Assembly: GCA_016235455.1 (NCBI GenBank)
Contig: JACRKZ010000136.1
Coordinates: 1 to 59,032 of the forward strand
Source of the DNA: Armatimonadota bacterium
GTDB lineage: Bacteria; Armatimonadota; UBA10988
Direction of reading: 5' to 3'
Length of the DNA: 59,032 nucleotides
Positions 38,432-47,848 of the stretch are shown in pieces. The notes under the pieces were generated by a model. That model searched no databases. It saw only the letters and a list, made by a program, of their open reading frames with translations, and was not told where the DNA came from. The translations under genes were made by a program, and so were the position numbers. Numbering within the stretch: the stretch's first letter is position 1; each line of letters begins with the position of its first letter.

Positions 38432-39676
38432 CTAGCGCCCGACGACCACCTCGACCCCACCGGCTTCGCCCTGGATCGCGCCGTCGGCCCAGATCCACTC
38501 GCCGCGCCGCAGCGTGCGCAGCACCGTGCCCCGCACCCTCCGACCGTCGAACGGCGTCCAGCCAGGCATGGTGAGCTGGTCGGCGTTGGTGATCGTCGAT
38601 TCCGCGCTGGGATCGACCAGCACCAGATCCGCGTCCTGGCCCACGCGCACGGCACCCTTGCCCTGCAAGCCGAAGATGGCGGCCGGCGCACGACTGGTCA
38701 GGCGCGCGATGTCGGCCAGGCTCAGCCGGCCCGCGGCGGCGGCGTCGAGCAGCAGTGGCAGCATGGTCTGAATGCCCGGCACGCCGGGCGGCGCGGGCAC
38801 GCGCTGCTTGTCGCTGAGCAGGTGCGGCGCATGGTCCGTGGCCACGGCGTCGATGGTGCCGTCGGCGATGCCGGCCCAGAGCGCCGTCACGTCGTCCGCG
38901 GTCTTGAGCGTGGGGCGCATGTCGCCCAGGGGGCCGAGTCGCGCGGCATCGGTCTCGTCGAGGAACAGGTGGTGCGGCGAGGCCTCGGCGGTGACCCACT
39001 GCCCCGCGGCGCGCGCGCGGCGCAGCGCCTCGACCTCGCGCGCCAGCGCGACATGGCCGATGTGCAGCGGGCCGGTGCCCCATTGGGCATGGGCGGCCAG
39101 CAGCATGTTGAGCGTGTCGCCTTCGGCGTGGGCCATGAACGGCAGGCCGGTGGCCAGCAGACCGCGCAGCCGGGCCTCATCGGCCAGGGGCGAGGTGATG
39201 CCGGTGGTCTCGTTCAGGTACAGCTTGTGCGCGGCCACGTTGCGCACGGCCAGCATCTCGGCCAGGTTGTCGCCGTCGGCCATAAAGTGGAAGCCGTAGT
39301 CGATGACCGACCGCCGCGCGCACTCGCGCACCACCTCGAGCTGGGCGACGGTGTTGGTGAAGGGGTTGGTGTTGGGCATGGTCAGCACGCAGGTCACGCC
39401 GCCGGCCGCGGCGGCGCGGCTCTCGCTGGCATAGGTGCCCTTGTGCGCATGGACGCCCGGTTCGCGGAAGTGCGCGTGCACATCGACCAGGCCTGGCAAC
39501 GCCGTCAGCCCGTCGGCGTCGAGCGTGGCGTCGGCCACGCCGTCGAACGAGCCGACAGGACCCACATGAACAAAGCGCCCATCGTGAGCGGCCAGATCGG
39601 CGGCGAACGAGCCGCCCGCGGTGACGAGCCGGGCGCCGCGAACCAGCAACAAGGCACGAGTGGCCATGGTGTTCAT
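38432..39676 (-). CDS. pyrC: Dihydroorotase / cyclic amidohydrolase family protein
   Basis: PGLVDVHAHFREPG, MPNTNP, HHL, ATDHAPH, G.DADLVLVD, WTPFDG. Substrate specificity is not certain. Confidence 0.75.
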   Translation of the reverse strand: MNTMATRALLLVRGARLVTAGGSFAADLAAHDGRFVHVGPVGSFDGVADATLDADGLTALPGLVDVHAHFREPGVHAHKGTYASESRAAAAGGVTCVLTMPNTNPFTNTVAQLEVVRECARRSVIDYGFHFMADGDNLAEMLAVRNVAAHKLYLNETTGITSPLADEARLRGLLATGLPFMAHAEGDTLNMLLAAHAQWGTGPLHIGHVALAREVEALRRARAAGQWVTAEASPHHLFLDETDAARLGPLGDMRPTLKTADDVTALWAGIADGTIDAVATDHAPHLLSDKQRVPAPPGVPGIQTMLPLLLDAAAAGRLSLADIARLTSRAPAAIFGLQGKGAVRVGQDADLVLVDPSAESTITNADQLTMPGWTPFDGRRVRGTVLRTLRRGEWIWADGAIQGEAGGVEVVVGR

Positions 39677-39688
39677 CCCTTCCCAAGG

Positions 39689-39748
39689 GAGAAAACGGTG
39701 TCAGGACCTGTTTTCGCCTGCGAAAACGGGTCCTGACACCGTTTTCTC
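39689..39748. repeat. Near-perfect 29-bp-arm palindrome (GGTGTCAGGA / TCCTGACACC REP doublet)
   Basis: gagaaaacggtgtcaggacctgttttcgc-ct-gcgaaaacgggtcctgacaccgttttctc, with one mismatch (G-U compatible). Confidence 0.9.
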
Positions 39749-39826
39749 GCGGCTCCAGCCCCTGGGCTTGAACCGATGCTCCGAGAAGAGTACCATGAGG
39801 CCCCAGAGTGGGATAGGGAGCAGTCG

Positions 39827-40939
39827 ATGGGCAAGGATCGTATCGCGCGTGTGGAGGTCATCCCGGCGGCACTGCCGGTCAAGACGCATGAAGACTCTTC
39901 ACGCGGCGAGGTCCAGCAGCATGTCTTTCTGCGGATCGAAACGCAGGACGGCGCTGTAGGTTGGGGTGAAGCGCGCGCGCTGCCGTCGTGGACCGGTGAG
40001 ACGCTCGAAGGCATCACCACGGCGCTGAGCGACTATTTCGCGCCGGTGCTGTTGGGCGCCAGCCCGTTCGCACGCAATGCCATCTTCAACACCATCGACG
40101 AGATCGTCACCGGCGCCGTGTCGAACGGTATGCCCGCGGCGCGTTCGGCGGTGGACATTGCGCTGCACGACCTGCAGGGCAAGCTGGCCGGCGTGGCCGT
40201 GCATGAACTGCTTGGCGGCAAGACCTGCGACCACCTGTACCTCAGCCACAGCCTGCGCGCCGAGTCGCCGCAGGCCATGCGCGAAGCGGCCATGCGCTAC
40301 CATGACAGCCGGTGCCTCAAGGTCAAGCTGACCGGCGATGCGGGGCTCGACAGCGAGCGGCTGGCCGCGGTCAGCGATGCCGCGCCGCAGGCCGCCATCT
40401 GGCTGGATGGCAACCAGAACTACTCCGCCACCAGCGCCATGACCATGCTCGACCGCATCCGCTCGGCCAAGCGCTGCACTTGCCTGCAGCAGCCCGTCGG
40501 CAGCAACGACTGGTTCGGCATGGCCCGCCTGCGCCAGCGCTCCTGGCTGCCGCTGGCCGTGGACGAGGGCTGTTTCTCACCCGACGACGTGCTGCGCATC
40601 GCCCGGCTCGAAGTGGCCGATCTGGTGGTGCTCAAGCTGTGCAAGGCGGGCGGCCTGCGTGACCTGGCGCGCCAGGCGGTCATCGCCCAGGCGGCCGGCT
40701 TGGACCTGCTGGGCTCGGGCCTGACAGAATCGGGTATCGGCATGGCGGCCGCGGTGCACGTCTTCAGCACGCTCCGGCTGCGGCTCCCGCCGCAGCTCAA
40801 CGGCTCGCAGTACCTGGACGAAATGCTCGTTTCCGGGCTGGAGACTACCGCCAAGGGCGCCATCCGCGTCCCCAACGGCCCCGGCCTGGGCATCGAGGTC
40901 GACGAGGAGCGCCTGCGCGCGCTGGCCATCGACGACTGA
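39827..40939 (+). CDS. Mandelate racemase/muconate lactonizing enzyme family protein
   Basis: GWGE, AVDIALHDL.GK, KVK, LDGNQ, DE, LKLCKAGG, P.GPGLGIEVD. Confidence 0.88.
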   Translation: MGKDRIARVEVIPAALPVKTHEDSSRGEVQQHVFLRIETQDGAVGWGEARALPSWTGETLEGITTALSDYFAPVLLGASPFARNAIFNTIDEIVTGAVSNGMPAARSAVDIALHDLQGKLAGVAVHELLGGKTCDHLYLSHSLRAESPQAMREAAMRYHDSRCLKVKLTGDAGLDSERLAAVSDAAPQAAIWLDGNQNYSATSAMTMLDRIRSAKRCTCLQQPVGSNDWFGMARLRQRSWLPLAVDEGCFSPDDVLRIARLEVADLVVLKLCKAGGLRDLARQAVIAQAAGLDLLGSGLTESGIGMAAAVHVFSTLRLRLPPQLNGSQYLDEMLVSGLETTAKGAIRVPNGPGLGIEVDEERLRALAIDD

Positions 40940-40949
40940 AGTCGGGCGA

Positions 40950-41648
40950 CTACTGCAACCGGTCGTCGGCCAGGGCGTTGCGCAACAGGCGCAGCGCTTC
41001 GGGCCGGTGCGCCAACCATCCCGCGCGTACCGCCGCGGGCAACCACAGCGCGTGCGCATCGGCGTTGAGCACGGCCGGACCACAACCGACCGACCGGCGC
41101 CAGGCGCGCACATCGTGCGGCCGCCGCCAGAGCGGGTCATCGTCGGCCAGGGCGCGCCAGTCCGCGGCCGCCGCGGGCGCCGTGTCGTCGGCCGCGGCGA
41201 TGACCAGGCCGGTCGCCGCCGTCGGCGCGGGCTGGTCCGCGCGCGGCAGCACCACGTGCAGCGTGCGGCCCTTCTCGGTCAGCCAGCCCTCGCCCGTGCG
41301 CAGCGCGGTGTCCAGCGCATCGCGTAGGGGATCGACCGGGTTGGACAGTGCCATCCAGCCGGGGTTGGGCTGCGGCAGTGGGGTCATCCACGGCCAAGGC
41401 GGCTTGGGCATGCGCGGCGGCGCCACCTTCGGCCCCGGCACATGGTGGACGACCTGTTTCTTGATGGTGACCTGGTCGGGTGGGGCCGGGGCGGACGGCG
41501 CTGGCGTGACAAGTTCGGCGCGCGGTGCCGTGCTGTCGGTGGTGCGTGCGTCGGGCAGGTGGCGCGCGGTGGAGAACAGCACCAGCAGCGCTACGCCGTT
41601 GGCGGCGGCGGTCCACGGCAGCAGGCTGAGCCGGCGGCGCGGCCTCAC
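40950..41648 (-). CDS. Membrane-anchored hypothetical protein with Pro-rich spacer
   Basis: N-terminal TM segment and Pro-rich stretch; start overlaps the stop of the upstream ExbB-like gene (GTGA). Confidence 0.55.
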   Translation of the reverse strand: MRPRRRLSLLPWTAAANGVALLVLFSTARHLPDARTTDSTAPRAELVTPAPSAPAPPDQVTIKKQVVHHVPGPKVAPPRMPKPPWPWMTPLPQPNPGWMALSNPVDPLRDALDTALRTGEGWLTEKGRTLHVVLPRADQPAPTAATGLVIAAADDTAPAAAADWRALADDDPLWRRPHDVRAWRRSVGCGPAVLNADAHALWLPAAVRAGWLAHRPEALRLLRNALADDRLQ

Positions 41649-42247
41649 AGCGCGGCCTCGGAGGGCCGCAGCAACTCGCGTGCTTCATTGGCCACGGTGC
41701 GCAGCGCCAGCAGCGTCGCCAGGCGCCGGCGCTCGAGCATGAGCACCGCCAGACGCCCGGCCAGCGCCAGCAGCAAGCCGGCGGCCGTGACCACCAGCGC
41801 GTGACTGTAGATGGACTGAATGCGGGCGTGGTCGGGCGAGGCCACCAAGCGATTGACCGACGAGAGGCTGATCAGGCTGACGGCGCAGCCCAGCAGAGGG
41901 GTCAGGTCGCTGACCACGCGCAACAGCGTCAGCGGCCCGTCGAGTCGGCGGTCGACGGCATCGAGGGTCTCGCTCACCGCCTCGGAGTTGTGGTCGCGCG
42001 TATCGGCCACGACGCGCACCACGGCCGCCACCGTGGGGCCTTGCGCCTCGGCCTCGGCCAGCAGTGCCGGCGCGCCGCCGTCACGATACGCCTGATGCAG
42101 TGCCTGTACCACGGGCAGCGCGGCGCGGGGCTCGCGCCGCAAGGTCGACAGCCGTTCGAGGGTGACGGCAACGATGAACGCGCCGACCACGACGAGTGGC
42201 AGCAGCAGCCATCCGCAGTTCACCAGCAGTTCGAGCAGCCGAACCAA
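41645..42247 (-). CDS. Divergent MotA/TolQ/ExbB proton-channel family protein
   Basis: Three TM segments; TPLLG and ALVVTAAGLLLA resemble the ExbB/TolQ motifs; GGGAGG RBS. Confidence 0.65.
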   Translation of the reverse strand: MVRLLELLVNCGWLLLPLVVVGAFIVAVTLERLSTLRREPRAALPVVQALHQAYRDGGAPALLAEAEAQGPTVAAVVRVVADTRDHNSEAVSETLDAVDRRLDGPLTLLRVVSDLTPLLGCAVSLISLSSVNRLVASPDHARIQSIYSHALVVTAAGLLLALAGRLAVLMLERRRLATLLALRTVANEARELLRPSEAAL

Positions 42248-42259
42248 CAGACCGCCTCC

Positions 42260-42775
42260 CTAGCGCACGTCCCACTGGGGTCCGCCCACCGGCAGACCCA
42301 GGTCACCCAGCTGTCGGCACAACGCCTCGGCCGAGCCGCGAGTCAGCTCGACGAGCCCGCGCGGACCGTCGCCGACCCAGCGCAGCACGCGGCCGTGCAC
42401 GACTTCTACCCGGACCGGGCCGCGCCGACCCGCGGTGAAGCAGAGTCGCGCGGTGGCCGGACAACCGCAGTCGGCAGCCACAGTGCCGCTGCCCACCAGG
42501 GCCGAGATCAGCGCGCGCGGCGCTGGGCCGACCACCGCCTGAGTGCCAGTGCCCTCAGCCATGGGCCCGCATTGCACCACCACGCCATCGGCTTCGGCCA
42601 GGGCGGCGAGCGCCGCTGCCGCGGCTTGCGCCGTGGCCCGCCGCGGCGCGGCCGGGCTGGTCGGCGTACAGAGCCAGGCCGCGAGCACCGCCGCCACCAG
42701 CGCCCACACCGCGACGAACTGGGTGTGTCGCGGGCGGCGGGCACTCGATGGCAGACGGATCTCGTAGCTGGGCAC
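42260..42775 (-). CDS. Hypothetical membrane-anchored protein
   Basis: GGGAGAG upstream of GTG 42775; one TM segment; 12 bp from the next gene. Confidence 0.5.
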   Translation of the reverse strand: MPSYEIRLPSSARRPRHTQFVAVWALVAAVLAAWLCTPTSPAAPRRATAQAAAAALAALAEADGVVVQCGPMAEGTGTQAVVGPAPRALISALVGSGTVAADCGCPATARLCFTAGRRGPVRVEVVHGRVLRWVGDGPRGLVELTRGSAEALCRQLGDLGLPVGGPQWDVR

Positions 42776-42848
42776 TTGGCTCTCCCGAAATGCGGCTATC
42801 ATCTTACCACAGCGCGCGGCGGGCCGTTCGCCGCGGCCGGACAACCAT

Positions 42849-45017
42849 GTGGCAGACGCAGCGCCCGAGATCAGAGCCGAACGACGACGTGAGAGGCAGG
42901 CGTGGGCCGCCATGACGCTGGCGGTGTGTCTCGTCGCCGCGCCCATCTTCGCCGGCAACACCTTGTACTACGGCGACATCACCGTGCAGTTCGTGCCTTG
43001 GCGCACCTTTGCCCGGCAGCACCTGCTGGCTGGGCACCTGCCGCTGTGGCTAGACGGCCTGTTCGCCGGGATGCCGTTCGTGGGCAACTGCCAGAGCGCG
43101 GTGTTCTACCCGTTCCACTGGCTGACGCTGCCCCTGGCGCCGGCGACCACCATCGCCGTCGGCTACCTGCTGCACCTGTGGCTGGGCGTGGCGGGCGGGT
43201 ACCTGCTGGGCCGGCGACTGGGCCATCGCCGCGCCGCCGCGGTGCTGCTCGGGCTGGTCTATGGCCTCAGCGGGTATGTGGTCAGCAAGCAGCAGTTCCC
43301 GTCACTGGCCTACACCATCGCCTGGCTGCCCTGGTTGCTCTATGCCGGCGCGCGGCTGTGGCGCGAGCCCGGCGCGCGGTCCATGCTGGTGCTGGCCGGC
43401 ATCACCGGCCTGCAGTGGCTCACCGGCCACGCGCAGATGTCGTTCCTGCAGCTCTGCCTGCTGGCGGCGTGGCTGCTCTTCCAGCGCGGCTCGGGCTCAG
43501 CGGCACGGCGCTGGGGGCTGGCCTGGGCTGGCGTGCTGTTGGGCACGGCGCTCGGCGCGGTGCAGATCGCGCCCACGCTGGAACTGCTGAGCCTAAGCCA
43601 GCGGACCTCCTTCTCCTTCCACGATGTGGCCCGCTTCTACCTGCCACCGTGGCAACTGCTGATGACCCTGTCGCCGCAACTGTATGGCGCGCCCCATGCG
43701 TGGCTGCCGTACCTGGGCTTCGGCCCCTACTGGGAAGGTCTGTGGTACGTCGGACTGCCGACTCTGCCGCTGGCCGCCGCCGCCACTGCCCGGCACGGCG
43801 GGCGCTGGTTCTGGTTGCTGGTGGGTGCACTTGGCCTGATCCTGGCGCTGGGGCCGGGCACGCCGGTCTACGGCTGGCTCTACCAGGTGGTGCCGCCGGT
43901 CCGGCTGTTCCGTGACCCGGCGCGGTTCACGCTCTACACCGTGGTGGCGCTGAGCCTGCTGGCCGCCGCCGGGCTCGACGGCGATGCCCGCGTGGCCCGT
44001 GCCTGGGCCCTGGGCCTGTTGGTCGTGTTGGCGGCCATGCTGCTGACCGTCAGCCTGGCCAGCGCCGGCACCATCAAGGGCTGGCTGCTCGGCGTGATCG
44101 AAATCCAGCCGCTCAAGCGGCTCGACCAGGTCGACGCTGTGGCGCGCGCCTGGCAGGGCTGGATGACGCTCGTGCTGCTGCAGGCGGTCGCCTGGTGCGG
44201 CGCCACGGTGCTGGTGCTACGCTGGCCGGCCCAGCGTCGCCGGCCGGCGCTGGTGGTGCTGATCGGCCTGGATCTAGTGTTCCACGCCGCGCCGGTCAAC
44301 CCGACCGCGCCGGCCGCCGGGTTCGCGCGCGACGTGCGACCGGCCGAGGTCCGCAACCTGACTGGCCCCATCGCCTTCGCCGAGTCGGGCGAGAGCAGCT
44401 ACACCGTCTTCCACAACTATGCCCGCGTGCCCAAACCCGACATCGAGGGCAGCCGGCGCACGCTCATGCCAGACGTAACGATTGGTACCTCGACTCGACA
44501 GATCACCGGCTATGACCCGCTGGCGCCCGCTGCGGCGTATCGCTGGATGGGTGCGCAGATGGCTCGCCACTGGCCCGCCCGGCCAGCGGCATTGGCGGCC
44601 GTGGGCGTGGTGGGCGAATGGACCGGTCGTCGCTTGTTGCCTTACCCGAATGTCGCGCCGGAAGTGCGGCTGGCGGGCACCCACGAGGCGGTGGCCAACG
44701 GCTGGACAACCAGCCAGCGCCGCTGGCTGACCATCGCGGCCGGCGCCGCCGCCGAGGTCGACGTGTTGCAGACGCGGCTGCCCGGCTGGCGCGCCACGGG
44801 CGCCGCCTTCGGGCCGTCGCCCGAGCCCGTGACCACGCGGCTGCGGGTCCCGCCGGCGGACGCCGCGCGGCAGGTGCGGCTGACCTATGCGCCGACGAGC
44901 TTCGCCGTGGGCTGTTTCGCCTCGCTGCTGGCGATGGCCCTGTTCGCGGCCGCCGCGACGGCCAGTTGGGGTTGCCGCGACAACGGACCGGTGCCTGGCC
45001 GCCCGCCTGTGGTATGA
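42849..45017 (+). CDS. YfhO-like polytopic membrane protein (GT-C fold glycosyltransferase-like)
   Basis: GD...F.PW...G.LPLW....F.GMPF....Q..VFYP, R.PARF, C-terminal PGW.A and LTYAP.SF..G. Confidence 0.8.
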   Translation: MADAAPEIRAERRRERQAWAAMTLAVCLVAAPIFAGNTLYYGDITVQFVPWRTFARQHLLAGHLPLWLDGLFAGMPFVGNCQSAVFYPFHWLTLPLAPATTIAVGYLLHLWLGVAGGYLLGRRLGHRRAAAVLLGLVYGLSGYVVSKQQFPSLAYTIAWLPWLLYAGARLWREPGARSMLVLAGITGLQWLTGHAQMSFLQLCLLAAWLLFQRGSGSAARRWGLAWAGVLLGTALGAVQIAPTLELLSLSQRTSFSFHDVARFYLPPWQLLMTLSPQLYGAPHAWLPYLGFGPYWEGLWYVGLPTLPLAAAATARHGGRWFWLLVGALGLILALGPGTPVYGWLYQVVPPVRLFRDPARFTLYTVVALSLLAAAGLDGDARVARAWALGLLVVLAAMLLTVSLASAGTIKGWLLGVIEIQPLKRLDQVDAVARAWQGWMTLVLLQAVAWCGATVLVLRWPAQRRRPALVVLIGLDLVFHAAPVNPTAPAAGFARDVRPAEVRNLTGPIAFAESGESSYTVFHNYARVPKPDIEGSRRTLMPDVTIGTSTRQITGYDPLAPAAAYRWMGAQMARHWPARPAALAAVGVVGEWTGRRLLPYPNVAPEVRLAGTHEAVANGWTTSQRRWLTIAAGAAAEVDVLQTRLPGWRATGAAFGPSPEPVTTRLRVPPADAARQVRLTYAPTSFAVGCFASLLAMALFAAAATASWGCRDNGPVPGRPPVV

Positions 45018-45132
45018 GTAGCCAGCCGCACCCGAGGGCCGCGCCGGACAGGGCCGTGTCATGAGCGACCACTGTCGGCGTCGGCGCGCGGCTGACGCTC
45101 CATCGCCCATCGGAAAGGAGGTGAATCCGCCC

Positions 45133-45297
45133 ATGATGACCCGTTTGTTCATCGAGGAAGAGGGTCAGACCCTCATCGAGTATGGCTTGTTGACGGCGCT
45201 GATCGCGGTGGTCGCCATCGCGATCCTGTCCGTGCTGGGCCGCAAGACCCGCGATGTCTATGTCACGGTCAACGAGAACATGCGCACACAGGCCTGA
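45133..45297 (+). CDS. flp: Flp/Fap (Tad) pilin 1
   Basis: EEG|QTLIEYGLL prepilin motif; strong AAGGAGGTG RBS. Confidence 0.92.
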   Translation: MMTRLFIEEEGQTLIEYGLLTALIAVVAIAILSVLGRKTRDVYVTVNENMRTQA

Positions 45298-45307
45298 GAG
45301 CAGGCCA

Positions 45308-45347
45308 GCGACAAAGCCTCCGGCCGGCTGGCTGGGGGCTTCGTCGC
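45308..45347 (+). terminator. Stem-loop after the first pilin gene
   Basis: gcgacaaagcctccggcc pairs with ggctgggggcttcgtcgc. There is no U-tract, so it may stabilise mRNA or attenuate rather than terminate. Confidence 0.5.
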
Positions 45348-45424
45348 GTCCCGTGGGTGGCCGGGCGGTTCGGTTGCATCAAGCCCGCGAACCGGTGCAT
45401 AATGACGGCCCGGATGACAACTTG

Positions 45425-45589
45425 ATGATGACCCGCCTGTTGGTCGAGGAAGAGGGCCAGACGATGGTGGAGTACGCCCTCCTCACCGCGCTGAGCGCCG
45501 TGGCTGCCATCGCCATCGTGTCGGTCTTTGGTCGCAAGACGCGTGACGTGTTCGTCACGGTCAATATGAGTTTGGTCACGGCGGGCTGA
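45425..45589 (+). CDS. flp: Flp/Fap (Tad) pilin 2
   Basis: EEG|QTMVEYALL; close paralog of pilin 1. Confidence 0.9.
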   Translation: MMTRLLVEEEGQTMVEYALLTALSAVAAIAIVSVFGRKTRDVFVTVNMSLVTAG

Positions 45590-45649
45590 CGCTCCGTGTG
45601 ACGGCCGCGATGTGGTGTCGCGCCGCCGGGAGCGCGGAGGGGCGCTGAC

Positions 45650-47710
45650 GTGACGGGTTTTGACTGGCGAAGCAACCGGGTGACCGTGGGTGGCGTCGGC
45701 CTGTTGGCGCTGCTCATCTACGCCTACAGCCTGCCGCCCGACGTGCACTACGGGGGCGATTGCGGCGAGATGGCCTGTGGCGCCTACTGCCTCGGCGTGG
45801 GCCACCCGACCGGCTACCCGCTGTACCAGATGCTGGGCAAACTGGCCACGCTGTTGGTCCCCGTCGGCAGCATCTCCTGGCGCATCGGCCTGGTTTCCGC
45901 CGCCGGCGGTGCGTTGGCGGTGATGCTCCTCACCTGGCTGGTGACCCTGGCCACCCGCGACCGCGTGGCCGGCCTGTGCGCCGGGCTGGTGATCCTGTTC
46001 GACAACACCTTCTTCTCGCAAGCGGTCATCTGCGAGGTCTATGGCCTGTCCATGGCCTTCCTCGCGCTGTTGCTCCTGGCATTGACGCGGTTCGGCGCCA
46101 CGCGCGACCGCCGCTGGGTGAACGTGGCTGGCCTGGCCGTCGGCCTGGGCGGCGTCCACCACATCTCCATCTTGTTCAACGCGCCGGCCTGCTTTCTCTA
46201 CCTGCTGCTCATCGCCTGGCGCCGCGACGACATCTGGGCGGGTATCCGCGAGGCGTTCGGCGTCCTGGGCCGCTTGGCGATGTGGGCCGTGGCGGTCCTC
46301 CCCATCTACGTCTACCTGCCCATCCGCTCGGCGCTGCAGCCGGCGATGAACTGGGGCGAGACGCACACCTTGGATGGGTTCATCGCCCACATCAGCGGCC
46401 GCATGTACGCCACCACGCTGCTCAACGTGAGCCCCGGCGATGCCGCGCGGTTCGCCTACAACCACACCTACCTGGTCCTGCACGACCAGCAGTGGGGTGC
46501 CGTGCTGGGCGTGGTCGGGCTGCTGGTCTGCCTGCGCCGGCGCACGGCGGTCGGCGTGCTGCTGGCCGGCGTGTTCGCCAGCAACATCTACTTCGCCGCG
46601 CATTACCGTGTGGGCGACCGCGCCAACTACGCCTTGCCCGCCCATGTCGCCGCCGCGCTGCTGTGCGGGTTCGCCGCCGCTTGGCTCGGCGAGCTGGCTG
46701 GCCGCGCGCGGGGCGGGTTGCTCACCCACCGCCGCGTGGCCGCGTTGGTGGCCACCGTGGTGCTGCTCCTGCCCATGCTGCCGGGACCGCCGTCCTACGT
46801 GCCGCCGCTGCGCCGCTGCATCGACTACTCCTTCATGCGGCACAACCTGCGCTGCGCGCAAGAGACCGACGCCGTGCTGGCCGAGGTGCCCACGAACGGC
46901 GTGCTCAACTCGGCACTCGATGAGTTGACCAACGCCTTCTGGTACCGCCAGTTGGTGCAGGGCCTGCGGCGCGATGTGACGCTGCTGCAGTTCACGCACA
47001 TCGACCGCCCCGACGAGAAGCAGAAGGCCGTCGGCTGGATCCGCTACTACCTGGCCACCAACCGCGTGTTCCTGGCCTGGTTCGACCCCTTCCTGCTCGA
47101 GCATTTCGACCTGATCGCCCACGATGCCACCGTCGAACCGCGCCCCAAGGGCAGCCTGCCGCCGAATCCGCTCGGCTTGGCCCCGGTGGCGAAAACTTGG
47201 GAGTTGCCCGGATGTCAAAGTTGGCGACTGGGCGGTTCACGGGTCGACGGTCCCGTCAAACTGCCGGGCGCCACGGTCCAGGAAACCGTGGTCGGCTTGC
47301 GGGCGCGCATGGTGGCCAAACTGCAGGCGCAGTTGGTCAGCCAGGGCGTCGAGGCCGGCGACGAAGAGGCGGTGGTGCTCATCATCCATCGTGATCTGGA
47401 GGACTATCTGGCCGGCCGGCGGGCCGCGCCACCCAGCGCGCTCAACGATTCGACGACGACGGTCAACTGGTCCTGGTCGCTGCGCTGGCCGCTGCGCTGC
47501 GAGCCGCGGGCCGGAGCCGACACCACGGGTCTGTCCACGGTGCTGGCGCTGCCGGTCTGGATGCCCGATGTCGCGGGCGGCGGCGACTACCAGGTGCGGC
47601 TCGGCGTCGTGCCGCGAAATCCGGCTCGAGTGCGCGACAATGCGCAGGATCCCAGGCTCTTGCGAACCCAGACTCAGCCCGTTGGCTGGGTGCGCCTCTA
47701 CTGGCGCTGA
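45650..47710 (+). CDS. DUF2723 / TMEM260-like membrane glycosyltransferase (protein O-mannosyltransferase-like)
   Basis: GDCGEM......LGVGHPTGYPLY.MLGKL, SQAVICEVY, YLPIRS...P.MNWG. Confidence 0.85.
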   Translation: MTGFDWRSNRVTVGGVGLLALLIYAYSLPPDVHYGGDCGEMACGAYCLGVGHPTGYPLYQMLGKLATLLVPVGSISWRIGLVSAAGGALAVMLLTWLVTLATRDRVAGLCAGLVILFDNTFFSQAVICEVYGLSMAFLALLLLALTRFGATRDRRWVNVAGLAVGLGGVHHISILFNAPACFLYLLLIAWRRDDIWAGIREAFGVLGRLAMWAVAVLPIYVYLPIRSALQPAMNWGETHTLDGFIAHISGRMYATTLLNVSPGDAARFAYNHTYLVLHDQQWGAVLGVVGLLVCLRRRTAVGVLLAGVFASNIYFAAHYRVGDRANYALPAHVAAALLCGFAAAWLGELAGRARGGLLTHRRVAALVATVVLLLPMLPGPPSYVPPLRRCIDYSFMRHNLRCAQETDAVLAEVPTNGVLNSALDELTNAFWYRQLVQGLRRDVTLLQFTHIDRPDEKQKAVGWIRYYLATNRVFLAWFDPFLLEHFDLIAHDATVEPRPKGSLPPNPLGLAPVAKTWELPGCQSWRLGGSRVDGPVKLPGATVQETVVGLRARMVAKLQAQLVSQGVEAGDEEAVVLIIHRDLEDYLAGRRAAPPSALNDSTTTVNWSWSLRWPLRCEPRAGADTTGLSTVLALPVWMPDVAGGGDYQVRLGVVPRNPARVRDNAQDPRLLRTQTQPVGWVRLYWR

Positions 47711-47798
47711 GAAAGGACTGGACAACGAGTTGGCGAACAGCCACACTAGGGACGCTGGGCCATCGTCCGCGGAACCGCCACCAGTGCGGCTCCCGCGA

Positions 47799-47828
47799 TT
47801 GACGCTGGCTGGCGGTCGTAGCTATAAT
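47799..47828 (+). promoter_or_regulatory. Near-consensus sigma70 promoter for the cpa/tad operon
   Basis: TTGACG (47799) - 18 nt - TATAAT (47823), 20 nt before the cpaA ATG. Confidence 0.7.
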
Positions 47829-47848
47829 TGGCTAGTTCAGGGGCTGGG

